From Camelus dromedarius (lineage: Eukaryota), in the NCBI RefSeq assembly GCF_036321535.1, contig NC_087436.1:55244001-55308000 (forward strand): a DNA stretch of 64,000 nucleotides, written 5' to 3'. This document shows, one piece after another, positions 13,201 through 26,917 of this stretch. The first letter of the stretch is position 1. Each line of letters starts with the position of its first letter. The notes beneath the pieces were generated by a model. It was given only the letters and a program-made list of their open reading frames with translations. It had not been told where the DNA came from and did no database searches. The translations under genes were made by a program, and so were the position numbers.

Positions 13201-14731
13201 AATATATTAGAATATAAATTCTATTTACTATCTTTAATATAAGAGACATTCTTCTGTTAGTTAATGATAAATGTCAAATTAAACAGATATGGCTGCTGCC
13301 CTAAGAAAGCTGAAGTTCCTTGTACTCCTACTAGATAATTTTGCACAGGCATATTGTCAACCATGGCTATTGCTATTTTGTCTGGGGAAGAATCTATGCC
13401 TTCCTTTCTTCAGTCATTGAATTGAACTCACTTTTTTGTAAATTTGACCTGTTCTCACCAGCAATTGGAAATGTTTTCTAACCATCTATTCACCAAGACA
13501 GAATATAATATTTCATCATATTAAAATACATTGTTGGTTGTATGTGGATTTACAATATTTCTCCAGAATATAGGCTCCTTAATGCTGGCTGTGTTAGATA
13601 TTGCAATGTCTATCATGACTTTTGAACTTATTTTTCTTTTTCTTGGTTTTTCCCCAGTGCAATATTCTCATTTCTATTTATGCTTCCTTTTTATGTTCAA
13701 GTCTTGCTTTTTACTTTCTATTTATGCTTTCTATAATTGGAACAGTAGATATGATTTCTGTGTATTTTTGGAAAGGTTAAAAAAAGGAATATGCCTATAT
13801 AGTTATATTTATGCTGTAGAATTTTGTGTGGTTTTGTTTTGTTTATTTTTGGTGGCATATTTAACTGTTCCTTATTTTTCATTAACAGCAATCCGTTACA
13901 TACACACATCTGCTTAGTCTTTAAGAACAGAGATAAAATCATGAAAATAAGTAAATATATTCAATGAGCTATATAAATCATGTACACACTTTCAATGTCT
14001 AACAAATTCTGGCTAATTTGTTGCTTTAAACTACTTTAGAATTCTTAGTGTAAAAATTCCCTCTAATGAATGGCAGCAACTGTATGTCTCAGATTTTGGA
14101 GGACAAATTTGATTTCAAAGAGTTGGTTCTATTTTCAGAAGAAGTATAAGACTCTTCTGTCTGGTATTTAGTTTGGAAAATAAGACTATCATTTCTACAA
14201 AATTAGGTTAGTAAGTGTACATTAGATTCAATGTGAGATAGAAACTCAGTATGAGATGTAATCATCATCACATGTAAACTAGACCGTTGAAACAATAAAG
14301 TGAACAGAATATTTTAAGCATATTTATCTGAAAGTGTTTTTTGAGCTACCACAATATAGAAAAGTGAATGTTTGGGAAAATATATCTCAAACATCAGAAC
14401 TGTTTCCAATTGAGACATAATTATCTGTATTCTCATATATCAATTACTCCTTGTATTATTTCTAAGTAGCATAGGTAAGGATCAAATAATTATGGTAAAT
14501 ACAAATAATAAATTATGTTTTTAATGATTTACTTTATCATTGTTTTTATTTTACCAGTTTGTGTGTGAGTAGTAATGAATACATTTGGTGTCGTAGGAAA
14601 ATAATGTATATTTTACTTCAATAAATTTTAAGCAAGCACAGAATACAATATTATCTAGTATATTGCTATTGAGAATTTATGACAGATGAAATGGAGACTT
14701 GAAATTGCATACTTTTATTATATTCAGTGGC

Positions 14732-15228
14732 TATGATGTTTTGTTTTATGTGTCAACCTGGTTAGACTGTAGTGCTAGTTATTTAACCAAACAGTAATCT
14801 CTGTGTTGGTGTGAACCACACCTATTTTGTAGGTGTGAGTAACATCTAAAAACAGTTGACTTTAAGAAAAGGAGATTTCCCCTCGATAATACAGTGGGCC
14901 TCATTAAATCATTTGAAGGCCTTAAGAGCAAAAACTAAGGTTTCTTGGGAGAAGAAATTCTGTCTTAAGACTGTCCAAGACAAGCATCAGCTCTTGACCA
15001 AGTTTTCAAATTGCCAGCCTACTTAAAGCTTCCCAATTTGCCAGCCCCCACAATCATTCCTTAAAATAAATCCATCTCCTTTTCTGCCTCCCTCTCTGTC
15101 TCTCTCCTTGCCTCCCTCTCTCCATCTGTCTCCCTCCTCCTGCTCTTCTCCTTTCCCCTCCCCTTTCTATTACCCTTCCCCCCTTGGTTCCCATTTCTCT
15201 GCAGAACCCTAACCCTAACCCTAATAAA
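14732..15228 (+). mobile_element. MLT2D-like ERVL solo LTR with exact 5-bp TSD
   Basis: ttttatgtgtcaacctgg...gaaggccttaagagcaaaaact...gaaccctaa..taataaa; GTGGC at 14727-14731 and 15229-15233; polypyrimidine tract ~15075-15185. Confidence 0.92.
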
Positions 15229-16958
15229 GTGGCTATTAGAATAGGTATCAGAAAGAACTAATGGGATAATTTATTCAGTATGTTTACAAAAAGAGTATAG
15301 ATTATTTGATAGACTTCCTCAATGAGTTAAATAGGCTTAGAATGTTTTTAATTACAAAGGATTTATGAAAGTCCTTTATAATTATTCATACAGGTAAGTT
15401 CATATTTTCAAATCATTTAGGGATTCTTTTTCCACAGCAACATATAAGGTGAAGATGATTATTATTACACTGTGAAAGTAAATATAGGTCACCTATACCA
15501 TCGTAATGCAGAAACAAGAAGAAGGAACAGGATTTCAGAGAAACAGATGATCAGGGTATTGTGTCCAACACTGACTTCCAACACTGGGACAAATCTTAGC
15601 ATTAAGGCAAGATGGGCCATTAGGATGAGGGAAAAGTCCAAGTCCCTACACTATCCTCAGTTTGTAACTATCAGAGAAGATTTGCAGACATGATGACCCC
15701 AGGTGAAAACAAGAAGGCTGAGCAACAATGGTTGCTAAACTAATGAGTGTGAAACTTACAGGTTAATCAGCAGTAGCTGCATCCACATGGCTAAGCTGTG
15801 GTCTCCGAGTTGTCCGTGTTTGGGCAATGAAAAAACCAGGTCTTGCACTCATGAGCCTCCATACGGATCCAGAAGTTCTTACTCTTCCCGGGGAATGCAG
15901 AAGGTAGTTAAATAAAGTCAGCAGTTTTGCTATTGGAACCAAGGGAGCAAAGTAACTCCACAGTAAAGTGATGAAATGGACAGCCTGAGACAAAGGAAAG
16001 ACGTAGAAGCATCAACTATTTGGGGACTCTGTAATAACAATAAGAAAAAACTATAGGGCAACTCTCCATAAACACTCGTGGAAAAGGGGAGTAACTTTTA
16101 CGTATAGCTGAGAGTCACCTACCCACAACCACTGTATTATGCAAGCCTCCCTTTCCCTATATATACAGATGGAACTCCAGGAAGAGCAATTTCATTTACC
16201 TGAAAAAGACTGAGTTACCTAGAAGACACTTTACACTGAAAGAGAAGGAAATATATTAAAAGGATAAGTTGCAATCCATACTTCACTCTGTTCCCAATGG
16301 AGTTCATGAGAAAGACAAGAGCTTTTTAGAAAACAAAGGAATTTGGTTTCTTTGCATATCTAAAAGCCAGTGTATTAAATTTAAACTTCATTAAAATGTT
16401 TGTAGTGAAATGATTCATTAAACTGTCTTAAAGAACCAATTCCTTGTTATTTGACACATTTTAATTACTTAACAAGAAAACAATAGTTGACATTCAGAAG
16501 TCTTTAGAAATTAAAGTATGTCAACACATACTTATTCATATTCTACCTTCTAGAATGTAAAGAGTAAGAGATTTTGATAAATTCACTCTTCTGATAACCT
16601 CTAGAAAAAAATTATTTTTTCCGTTCAGTAAAACATCTTTCAACTTTAATATGACAGAAATTTTCAGGAATTCATGAAAAATTCAAATTTCATAAACAGC
16701 TTAATAAGGACAATTCTGAGATACTGTTCTATAATCCTTCAAAGGCAAGTATAGTCTGTTCTTTACTAAGATGATTTTAATTGGTTGTTTTAGAAGGCAA
16801 CGTTTGAATTTCCTATCATATGTGCTGTACAAAAGTTGGTGATGGACATTATAATTCAGTGTCTCTAAATTCTGTTTATGATTTTTCCTATCGTGATTGT
16901 AGTAATAAAAGATTTTTATAATTTTAACTTTCCTATGAAGAACCAATGCTTGAAGTTA

Positions 16959-17118
16959 CAGTCGGCCCTTTATATCTGTGAGTTTCAAATCCATAGATAT
17001 GGAGGGCCAACTCTATTCACACACAAAGCCATTTTATGTAAGAGACTTGAGCATCCTCAGATTTTGGATCCTAGTGGGCGCCTGGAACCAAGCCCCTACA
17101 GTTACCGAGGGACAACTG
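16959..17118 (-). mobile_element. MER2-family (TcMar-Tigger) MITE, internally deleted
   Basis: TIRs cagtcggccct / agggacaactg; TA duplicated at 16957-58 and 17119-20; MER2-like motif gacttgagcatcctcagattttgga. Confidence 0.9.
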
Positions 17119-18769
17119 TAACTAACTTCTTGAGTAACTAACAGAATATTTCAAAAGCAAATCAAAACAAACTTCAGATTGATTTATGATTTAAAAAATG
17201 AGAATGAGAGAAACCAAATATTACCACCAACTTTCAAGTTTTAAAAGGTAATTGTAAATAGAGTACATATAAAATTGTTTTCTCTTTGTGGGAATACACA
17301 TACACATACATTATATCACAAGTTTATAGGAATTTATACCGTTAGTTGTATAGTAGTTAATTAAGAATGACAAGGATCTATTGAGGAATAAAGCAATTGG
17401 AACTTCATGGTGTGGGGTGAGAACTGCCACTTTATAGCAGTTTACATTTCGGTAGCTTTCTGGTTTTGATTTGGTTTTACAGTAGAAAATAAATCTTGGT
17501 TGAGAGAAAAAAGTACTTGGAAACTCGTAAGTTTTTCTTTAAAAAGCTCACCATGCAAACTTACGATATTTTTACTAAAAAATCCCAGAAGCCTTAAAAG
17601 CAAATAATGCCAAATAATTCATAATACCTAACAACTTATCCTATTCCTTAATCTTTGAAGCTCAATTAGTAAGTAGTCAATTTGATGGAACTAGGAAAAG
17701 ATAAAGAGGTTTTCAACCATTTTATAGTTTGAATATCTGAAAAAATATTTTTCCAATGTTTCTGTAATATCATAGGTTTCTATTAAATTCTAAAATTCTT
17801 ATCTCAATGCTTATCTTTTATAGATATTCACTTAAAATTGATTAGAAAATCTCAATTTTGTTTCTGGTTTTTTGTCTATGATATAAAGTATAAACTTTTG
17901 CAACCTATAATTGTTAAGTGGACTCATTTATTTCACTTAAAGTCAGACCTTAGCATTATAATAAACTGTCCATTTGAATTCTGATTCAAAATGTTGGATT
18001 CAACACATGTAGAAAAAGGCAGAGAATGGAATAAAAATAGTGAACACAAGGCACTGCTCATTAAAAGTAAACTTGTTATTAAGGGATAAAAATGTTGAGA
18101 AAATTCTGGACGATTTGAATAGAAGAGGATAAGATTTCTTGAGATGTCAAATAGATAAGAGAAAACCAGAACCCAACCACTAGAGCTATCAAAGCTTCTT
18201 TAAAGAAAGTTGAGACTAGATTTAAATCCAAACTAAAAAAAAAAAAAAAAATGCAGAATAGAAGATGGCTTTAAGATGGTCATCTGGGTATTTAAAGAAC
18301 TACAGTTTTAATACTTGAGCTAATCACATCTTTTCACCTCCCCCATGCATACAGAATTGCTAGCAGCAGGCCTAAGACACTTATGTGGATTCAAAGGTTT
18401 AAAGCACTAATTTAAAGAAATGTTTAAGCTTGAAGTGCTTCTGTATTAAAGTTTCAGAGTCAAAAAAAAAAAAAACAAAACAAACAAGAAAGAAGACACT
18501 TCAGTTCAGATGTAACTTTCACTACATTAATCCAATTTCAATAAAATGCTCGCCTAAAGAGGTTGAGAGAGTCCCTAGTATGCCTGCATGTCCACTGTCT
18601 TGGGCACCTTTTAGGGATTCTTACCTGTTGACAAATCTCTTGTACTTACTTAGTGTGAGTTGTCAGTCATTTTATTGAAGGGAGGGACAGTTTTGTGAAA
18701 TATACTTTTAAAACTGTAGAGGCAATTCACATACTTAATTAACCTAGTCTTTCATTCATAAATAGAACT

Positions 18770-19180
18770 AAGAATCATCAGAAATTTGAGAGCAACTATG
18801 AGCATGAAATATATAGACCAAAATGAATCCACAGAACAAATGACCTTGTAAGAAGCAGATATAATTTAGGCACTAAAAGAGGACATTAAAAATTCAAATT
18901 AGAATCCCTTGAGAAATGAAAGAAGACATTGTATCTCTAAGAAAATAACCAACTGTTATGAAAGAGCAGTCAGAAAATAGGGAGCTTATAGGAATTTTTT
19001 TAATGATAGAAATTATTTAAAAGATTAAATGAACAGACTGAGTAATAGACTTCGTGGGACAAAAGATTAAGCAGGTAATCTGAATATAAAACATGAAGCA
19101 ATTTTTCAGAAGGCAGATAAACTATGCTAAATGTAAGTTAAATATAATTAAAACACATGGACACAAGTGGATGAGCCTCT
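18770..19180 (+). mobile_element. HAL1/old L1 ORF1-like remnant
   Basis: A-rich; gagaaatgaaagaagacattgtatc and gagcagtcagaaaatagggagctt resemble HAL1/L1 ORF1. Confidence 0.5.
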
Positions 19181-19204
19181 CAAGAAATATAGTTTACTTT
19201 TCTT

Positions 19205-19403
19205 CTATTTTTTTCCAACTTTATTGAGATGTAATTGACATGTAACACTGTATATTTTTAAGGTATACAATGTGATGATTTAACACACATATATATAATG
19301 AAATGATCACCAAATAAGATTAGTTAACACATCCTTCACCTTACATAATTACCATTTTGTTGTTGTCATGGTGAGAACATTAAAGCTCTACTCTCATAGC
19401 AAC
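19205..19403 (-). mobile_element. L1MA9-like LINE-1 3' end
   Basis: ccaactttattgagatgtaattgaca...ggtgagaacattaaagctctactctcatagcaa. Confidence 0.9.
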
Positions 19404-19887
19404 TGGCATAGAAGACTTGTTGAGGCTGAGCATTCAGGCTTTTCTGAAGTTCTGCACTCCTATAGTTATGTCCTCATCTTGAAATTTAATGATTCTTCTC
19501 TAGGATTTCAGGAGATGAGAGTTTCCTTAAAAGCTATAAATAAGGCCTCCTAACTCTACTTTTGCTTTTAAGTAATTGATTAATAAATTTCAGCCAGTCA
19601 TTTTGTTTCTCTTTAATATATCAGTGGTGCTTAGCAACAAGCATTCAATTCTGAAGTTCTCATATTTTCTTTTTCTATAACACCTTTCAAATGCTGGAGA
19701 CATTGCACGAGGATAGTGCTTCACTTTCCACCTATATGCCACCCCAGTTCACTATTACAGCTGTAGCATGACAGGGCCCATCAGTCCTTCACCTGCAATA
19801 GTGATGGGACACTCAAAGTCATACAGTCAGTGAATGACCCAACTCTAGATGTCATTCTTAGAACTAGCTTCCTAGGACCACTGCTCA

Positions 19888-20290
19888 CTCTTCGGTAGGA
19901 TTTTCTAGAAGTGACTGAAATGGGGATTCTTGTAATGTTATTTATTGGATGAGTGCCCTTAGGGCAAGGGGAGTGAGGGAGCTGGGACAGGCCAGGGGAG
20001 AAATGCTAAAGAATAATGAAAACTTAGCTGAAAATTAGCTTTATTCTTAAGTACAAATTAGGTCATAGTGTTATTCTCACCTGTGACAATGGATCTAGCA
20101 TTCAGTCTCTGGTTAAGTTCTGCTGAGTAGAAAGGAAGAAGCATAGACTCTTGTGGAAGGGGGCCAAGGAGAATTCTCCAGGGAATTAGGTTGCTCTGAG
20201 TATTTATTTGCTAATTCATCTAGTAGCTAGGGGATTAGGACACCAGCCTCCAAAAGAAAATTGGACAGAACACCAAAGGTATCCACTCTA
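19888..20290 (-). mobile_element. LTR16-like ERVL LTR
   Basis: ctgaaatggggattcttg...tttattggatgagtgccct...ggagtgagggagctgggacagg...caccaaaggtatccact. Confidence 0.65.
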
Positions 20291-21741
20291 TGCCCTCTCA
20301 GTGCTTATTTCCTAAATTATCATACCGTGGAAAGAGCATGACACTGGCAGATGAGCCCCTGTGCTAGCATCTGCTTAGTTCAGTATCACAGACACATGCT
20401 ATACTGAGTACTTACATTATACAATTGTATTTCCATGTACAATTTTATGTGAGTTGATATGCACAATCTTGAAATTCAAAATATGACCAGTGAATGGTGA
20501 AGTCATTATAATCAATGACATTTATCATATGGGACAAATTTTCTTCAGGGAGTACACCAAAATTATGGCAGGCCAAAATTAAAATACTGGTGATTTCCAG
20601 TGAGTGTTTTTTATTATCACCATTCAAATAGTTCATAAATATTTTAAATTACATTGTAGTCCAACATTTGCAAATCATCTCAGTCTTTTTGCCAAGTTAC
20701 AGGTAAGCAAAAATGACATCTCTACAAAGCTCAATAATAGGGCTAGGGTTACGTTAAGGTAGGAAAATCAACTCCAGCACAGTTACAAGGCAACATGTGG
20801 TACTTCCATGTAGCAGGCCTCATTGTATTCCATCTTGTTGGCTCATAATACATAGGTATATGTTGCCTCTTCCTTTATCTCATGGACCCCTCTAAAATGG
20901 AAATGATTTGAGCAGCATTTGTGATTAAAACTACACTCAGCATTCATTTCTCCCATTAGGCATGGATAGACCCTTGTCCCTTTTGCTCTGTCATTTCGTC
21001 ATTTCTACTCTTCCATCCTCCTTGAGGGCCCTAACAAGCTTAGGTAATGTGCCCTAAATTCACAGATTTGGATATTTCTACACCCTTGTATTGGAAATGG
21101 TCCAAGAACTGAGCCAAGCCCCCTAGAGCACATCAAATATCAAAAACCCAATATTTTTTTCTCTCCCTAATGAACATCACTGGGCAAATTTCCTATTCCC
21201 TGAGGAACATCTGAATGACATATTGCAGTTTGAGCAGCCTTTCCACAGACCAGAACGTAAAACATCTACAGATTAGAAAGTAAATAAGAATATAGTACAT
21301 GCTAATTCTTTCCTTATGAATAGTTATTTGTGTTTTCACTGTTTAATGAAGTTATGGACTGTGGCCTCTCTGTGAAAGTTCAGTTAATTAGGAATCAATT
21401 ACACTTTATATTGAAACACTGGTTACTCTGCTACTGTGGGATAATTGGGAAATAACTATATTGTCATTTTTATGTACTTTGGCTGCATTGATTCACAGCA
21501 TTTCAGTGGTGATGCACTGGTAAATTACACATACATTTGTTCATATTAGGTCATGGGACGTGAAGACAGTGTGAAAACACTGCTCTCTTAGAATGAACTC
21601 CAAAGATAATGTGTAAGTTCAAGCAGCTATGCAAAGAGAGCCAAGGCTTCTCAATTAATTCCCATTCCCAGTGCAATTAGTGCTACTTAATAGAATGTGG
21701 TGCAATATTAGAAAATTGATCTAAATTCTTTACTGGTTTTC

Positions 21742-21742
<1 letters not shown>

Positions 21743-21772
<30 letters not shown>
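21743..21772. repeat. (TG)15 microsatellite
   Basis: Direct read. Confidence 0.98.
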
Positions 21773-21776
<4 letters not shown>

Positions 21777-24449
21777 AACTTGACTGCTAAAAGGAATTGA
21801 AAATTTCAGACTAAAGACTTTAAAAAAATATGAAATTATTTCTTTAAATATGCAAATTCTTTGAGGATAATATTAAAATAAGTAAATGGTAAAACTAAGA
21901 AGTTGGCATCCAGTACCCTAAAGAGGTTTCCAGTTGGAAACTTTTAGAGAGGGATGGTTTTTTGCTTATTATGTGACTGGAAAACCTTGTACTATTGGAG
22001 AAATACTTTTGCTTGTTTATTTGTCTGTATTTATTGCTAGCATTGATATCGCTAACCCAGTCTCACAGGGAAAAGTGGTAGTGACAAATCTTGAGCCAAG
22101 AACTTAGTTGAAGATTCTAATATGAATGCCATCAGAATTCATACATTAATGGGAAATATGTTGCTTACCTTCTAAAAACAAAGCAAACTTTCAAGGCCTT
22201 TACTTAGGCAGTATCTGTGTTAACAGAACCAAATTTATGACCCAAAGTTTAGATGATCTGTCTCAACTTTTGGTCAGTGAGTTGAATTTGGCATGCTGAT
22301 ATATTGCTTTGGCCCTCTTCCTTCTTTTCACTTCTTTCCTTATATATTTTTTTAAATTTGGAAAAAATTATCAGCTGTTTAAAAATATTAGCGATCTCAC
22401 ACTTACATCACAAATAAGTGGCTTTAAAATGTAGGAGCAAAAATTTACTTATAGTATAGGTACAGGAAACCCCAATTTAATGATTTTTTCATCTACCAAG
22501 AACTGACCTTATCTTCTATTGATGTTAACTAGCCTGCTGTGCAGCAACCTCGATCTGAGAGATACTTTCCCTGCTTCCAGTTACACTTTTACATGGCCAC
22601 AGCTGACGAAAAACGTAAACCTCTCAAAATATCTGGATCTCAAATGTTTCATAAAAGTATTGTTCAGATATATAAATGGATCCTATTCTGTACTTTGCAA
22701 TGTGATATGTGTACTTTACTCTAATAAGTGGGGGGGGGGGTTATGTGTAATGGCAAGAGTTGTAGTCCTTACAATAAATTGAAAGCATTGTTGCAGAGCT
22801 GCATTCAGCTAATACCATCCCTATTATCTTCATTCAGACCAGCCCACCAAATGAGGTGGTACAAATACCTTATCAGCATCAAACCATTTGAAAAGCCTGG
22901 TATACTTGATCACTGATTACACAATTACTTAAGAAGGGGAATCTGAGAACAAAATAAAAGTAATTAAGTACAGGAGATTTGTTTTTTAATTATAAGCAAA
23001 CTAAATTAAGTAAAACAGAGTTTCTACTGTGAAAGGAAGACTATAACAGACACTGTCTCAAATGTGACTCTCTAAAGCATTACTTAGTAGTCAAGCGACT
23101 TGCATCATTTAACCATAGAAAATTAAGACAATGGTCACAAATGTGTTTTTCACTTCCTGGGGTGCAATTTGTCTCTCTCTCTTTTTTTAAGTCTGTGTCT
23201 TTATGAACTTGAATTTAACAAGCAGTGAAAGAATTAAAATTATTTTAAAGGTCTTTGCTAGTAAAATTTTAACAAAGAGTAAGTAAACATTATTTTATCT
23301 ATTTGCAGTCTTTCCTGATGAGCTCAGTGTCAGTAAAATCAGGTCACCTTGAAGATATAGAATAACAGCAACATTAGATTCCCATATCCTCTGAAAAAGA
23401 AAAAAAATAGAAAGCAATAATAATTTATGATCATGAAAGTCTAAAAGGTCCTAGATTTCCATTTTTCCAATTGTTCTTCAAAGTTAAATTTAGTGTATAG
23501 AGAGATTTCTCCCCACCCCTGATTATTCTTTATTTCTATCTGATTAAAGTAAGTTACAGTTTCTGTTGAACACATGCTCAGGAACAACTGAAATATTAAA
23601 TGGAAACATGCAGCTGTTGCTATTTGAAAATCAACATGAAAATGACAGTTTCATAAGGCTTAATCCAAAATATTAACCAGTATGTGTTTTCTGAAGAGGT
23701 TTCAGCACAATATCACGTGGAAGGGAAGAAGTTTACCGATACAAGTGAGATGTGAATCAGCCAGAACGCTGAAGAATTCTCATCAATGTATTGCTTCCAT
23801 CTCATTGTACAAACACCCAAAATAGTTTTTGTATTCTCAAATCAACACGTCTCCATTTCTGGTATTGATTTTAGGTGATTTTGCAATGGTAGGTGGTGTG
23901 CTGGGTTTTGAACAAATACTCAGTTTCTAAATAATGCTTTAGAGTGGAGGAGAATGATAGGAAATGATGGTCACTAGGACACACATGCCACAGGAATGAT
24001 CAGAATGCTTTTATTGATGATGGGGGAGAGTAATTCTAGCTCCTAGCAGATCATGGTGAGTCAAGACACCGGCTATTAGATCTATTCATTTCTGTAATTG
24101 AGTAATGACACTACCTATGTATAATTAAGGGGAGATGAAAACAACCAACTTTTAACCTATTTGTAGTCATTAATTTGTGATATGTTAGACCTTTCACCTG
24201 GGACCTCATACACATTTTTGGCAATAACCCTTAGATTTTGACTGTGGTAACCTCTCATTTCTTTTTTTAAGCTGTATTTATTTAGTAAAATGCTGCCTTA
24301 TTTTCAATGTGATTGGTAAGTCAGTATTTCTCATAGAATATACATGATCAACTTTGAAGAAAAATCATAGGATCAGGCAAAAAATATTGAAAAGTTGATA
24401 TTATATAACAAATACAAGATATAGAAGATATCATTTTAGACATAGTAAG

Positions 24450-24935
24450 AAATCCTAACATTAAGAGAAGTATAAAAACTTCCATTAAAGTTTAAAAAAA
24501 AAAGACTGGAGTTTGGAAGGAAATTTTTGTAATATAAGGGTAATGTGCTTAACTTACTTTATTATATTTTAAAAATATAAAGCTATGGAAATTAAGACAT
24601 GGAACTGATGCAGAAACAGACCACTGGAAATAAATAGAAAGACTTTCCTATAGTATGTCTGTCAAAGCAGTAATGGGGAGAAATTATTAAAATTATGTTG
24701 TTTAAAACTTGTTTTTACACTTGGAAAAGTAATTTAGACCTCAATTTTACATATTACGTTTAAATAAATCCTGCATATACTAACAATTTATAAAACAATA
24801 TTTTTCCCAGAATAAAATATAAATCAACACCTGTATAAAGGTGTGCTGGGTAAAGACTTTCTTTGTTTAAACCCATGGACATTATTTAAAAAAAAAGGGA
24901 AAGCATTAATACCTTTTACAAAATAAAAAATATGT
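24450..24935 (+). mobile_element. Highly decayed L1ME/MC ORF2 remnant
   Basis: aattaagacatgg...aacagaccactggaaataaatagaaag; aaaagtaatttagacc; gggtaaagactttct in L1 ORF2 order. Confidence 0.55.
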
Positions 24936-25215
24936 GGGGAAATATCTATGTGTATGTGTTTAAATATGTATTTATAGGTGAGGAATTCCTTTTTTTTTTG
25001 GTTTTTGCAATATATCAAAGAACAAATGATTTTGTGTATGGATTTTATGAAACAGTATTTCTAATATCTTTTCATATGTGTGGCTAGTATGGTGGAAATA
25101 CAGTTTCAAGAAAGAAAAAGAATGATACATTGACTATTAAAGAAAAGCCTTTTCATATTTTTTAAATGGATGCTAATAGATACCTAGTGTTCTTATCACC
25201 TCTTATTCACCCTAT

Positions 25216-26896
25216 TGCTGAGGGAAGAATCTCTGTCCTCAATAGTGTGAAATGACCAAAAACACAGCATCCAACATGGGACAATGAAATTGACAGCAGT
25301 TTATTAGTGATGTGTACTTACAACCTGGGAGATGGGGGCATTGCCTGCCATGCGAGGCCAACCAGAGCTTATGTTCTGAAGCACACTGAAAAGCCGGGGG
25401 CTGTGGGAGGCAGCCTTTGCAGTAACGAGTGGGTGAGGTACCCCTTAGTCTGGCAGAGAAGTGAAACTTGTTAGGTTGAGGACTGGTAGAGTGCGGTTGT
25501 TCCAGCTATTAGGGAAACTATTCAGATGAGGAGGCTTTCCCATTGGATGGGGCATGTCTGGTGAGAGCAGAACTCACAGTTTTAGGGGGTCCTGTGAGGC
25601 TCAAAGATGTCAAAGCCGCCCATGCAGTTTTAGGTCTTATATTATAGTTAACCCCTTGATGCCTTCTCATCAAAATCTACTTTAGATATGAGTGATATTT
25701 TTAGGAATGGAAGAAGTGCCTCCCTAGGAAGCCAAGTGGGCACTTGGCCAGGAGGGCTACATGGTAAGGTACTTACCAAAAACTTGAACTTCAGAGATGT
25801 CCCCTTTTATGGCCAATAAAGGCAATGTATGGTATTGGAGTTGGGAATGCATGTCTCCAGGGAGCATGAATTTAGACTGATTAATGGTTGTGACAGTTGT
25901 CACTGAATAGGGGTCCAGCTGCTATTTTGTAACTCAAATAGTAGAATTTGAGGAGGACACTAGGCCTCTTTATTAAACCAAGGCCATGATGGGAAATTTT
26001 AGCACAATGGATACAGTCACTTTGGGAGATTCAGATAGTGCAATGGTGAAGTAAGCCATATGTCATTTGTTTTCTATTTTATATACAGTAATTCTCCTAA
26101 GATTATGGGGGGTTGGAAATCATTCTTAAATTTAGTGGAATCTTTGGGTATAACTATAATTATTTAAGCCCTAGTATTGTTGAAGTCCATGAAGCCTTGC
26201 CAGTTGGTGTATTTCTGCAGATGTTAACGTTCATTCAGAACCTACAGTCTAGAGAAGCAAAAGCCAATTCACACCTTTTTATCATTTTGTTGTAAAGTTT
26301 TTGAGCAAATCTTGGATTTCTGATTGGGTCAAATTGTGGACTCTCTGTTTTCAATATATATTTTTTGTATCCAGATTTTTCTTTAATCTCCTCCCCCTCC
26401 TTTTCTGTCACTAGATACATTTGGTGTGAGGGGTTCTTTTTATACTGTTCATATTTATAAATTTATTTCTCCAAAGAGCCTCAAATTAGTATCATTAGGA
26501 ATAGTGGCCTCCCCAATGCCAGTGATTATATGGTGTAAGGAAACTGGCTTAGGTAGGGTTTACATTAACCCCTTCACTATACCACAGAATTTGTCCCTGT
26601 AACTCTGGAGGATTAGGTTTGCTGTTAATAGAGGCATAAGTAGAAAGCTACTGCAGCAGAGAGCCCTGGGCCCACAACTCAAGAGCTTGGTAGATCAAAA
26701 TCATCCTTTGCTACAGCCTGTGGAGATTTGAGTCTCTAGCTGCATAGTTGTAGTTTTTGGCTGATAGGGAAACTAGTCAGATGAGGAGCCTTTCCTGCTG
26801 GGTGGGGGCATATGTGGATGACAGCAGGGGAACTTTGAGCCTGAAGAAGCACAGAGATATCAAAGTAGTACATGAAGTTTTACAGCTTACAATACC
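25216..26896 (-). mobile_element. Two-LTR ERVL-class remnant (MER74/MER54/MER73-like LTRs)
   Basis: Full LTR ~25216-25645; partial second copy ~26757-26896 (agggaaacta.tcagatgaggag.ctttcc in both); PPT-like aaggggttaac on minus strand next to the left LTR; flanks cctat/cctag. Confidence 0.75.
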
Positions 26897-26917
26897 CCTA
26901 GTCATGTGATGTTTGGA

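Noticed and set aside
13531..13917. 128-aa hydrophobic ORF resembling a membrane protein
   Set aside because: Hydrophobicity reflects T-rich, probably L1-derived antisense DNA; non-ATG start; no splice or promoter context
15391..15399. Perfect splice donor CAG|GTAAGT (similar site near 20700)
   Set aside because: No convincing upstream acceptor; isolated donors are expected by chance in 64 kb
15470..16330. Possible ancient LTR or exon-containing segment
   Set aside because: No termini, TSD, family motif or splice pair that I can support
22730..22740. G11 homopolymer as a G-quadruplex
   Set aside because: Too short for an intramolecular three-tier G4; simple mononucleotide run
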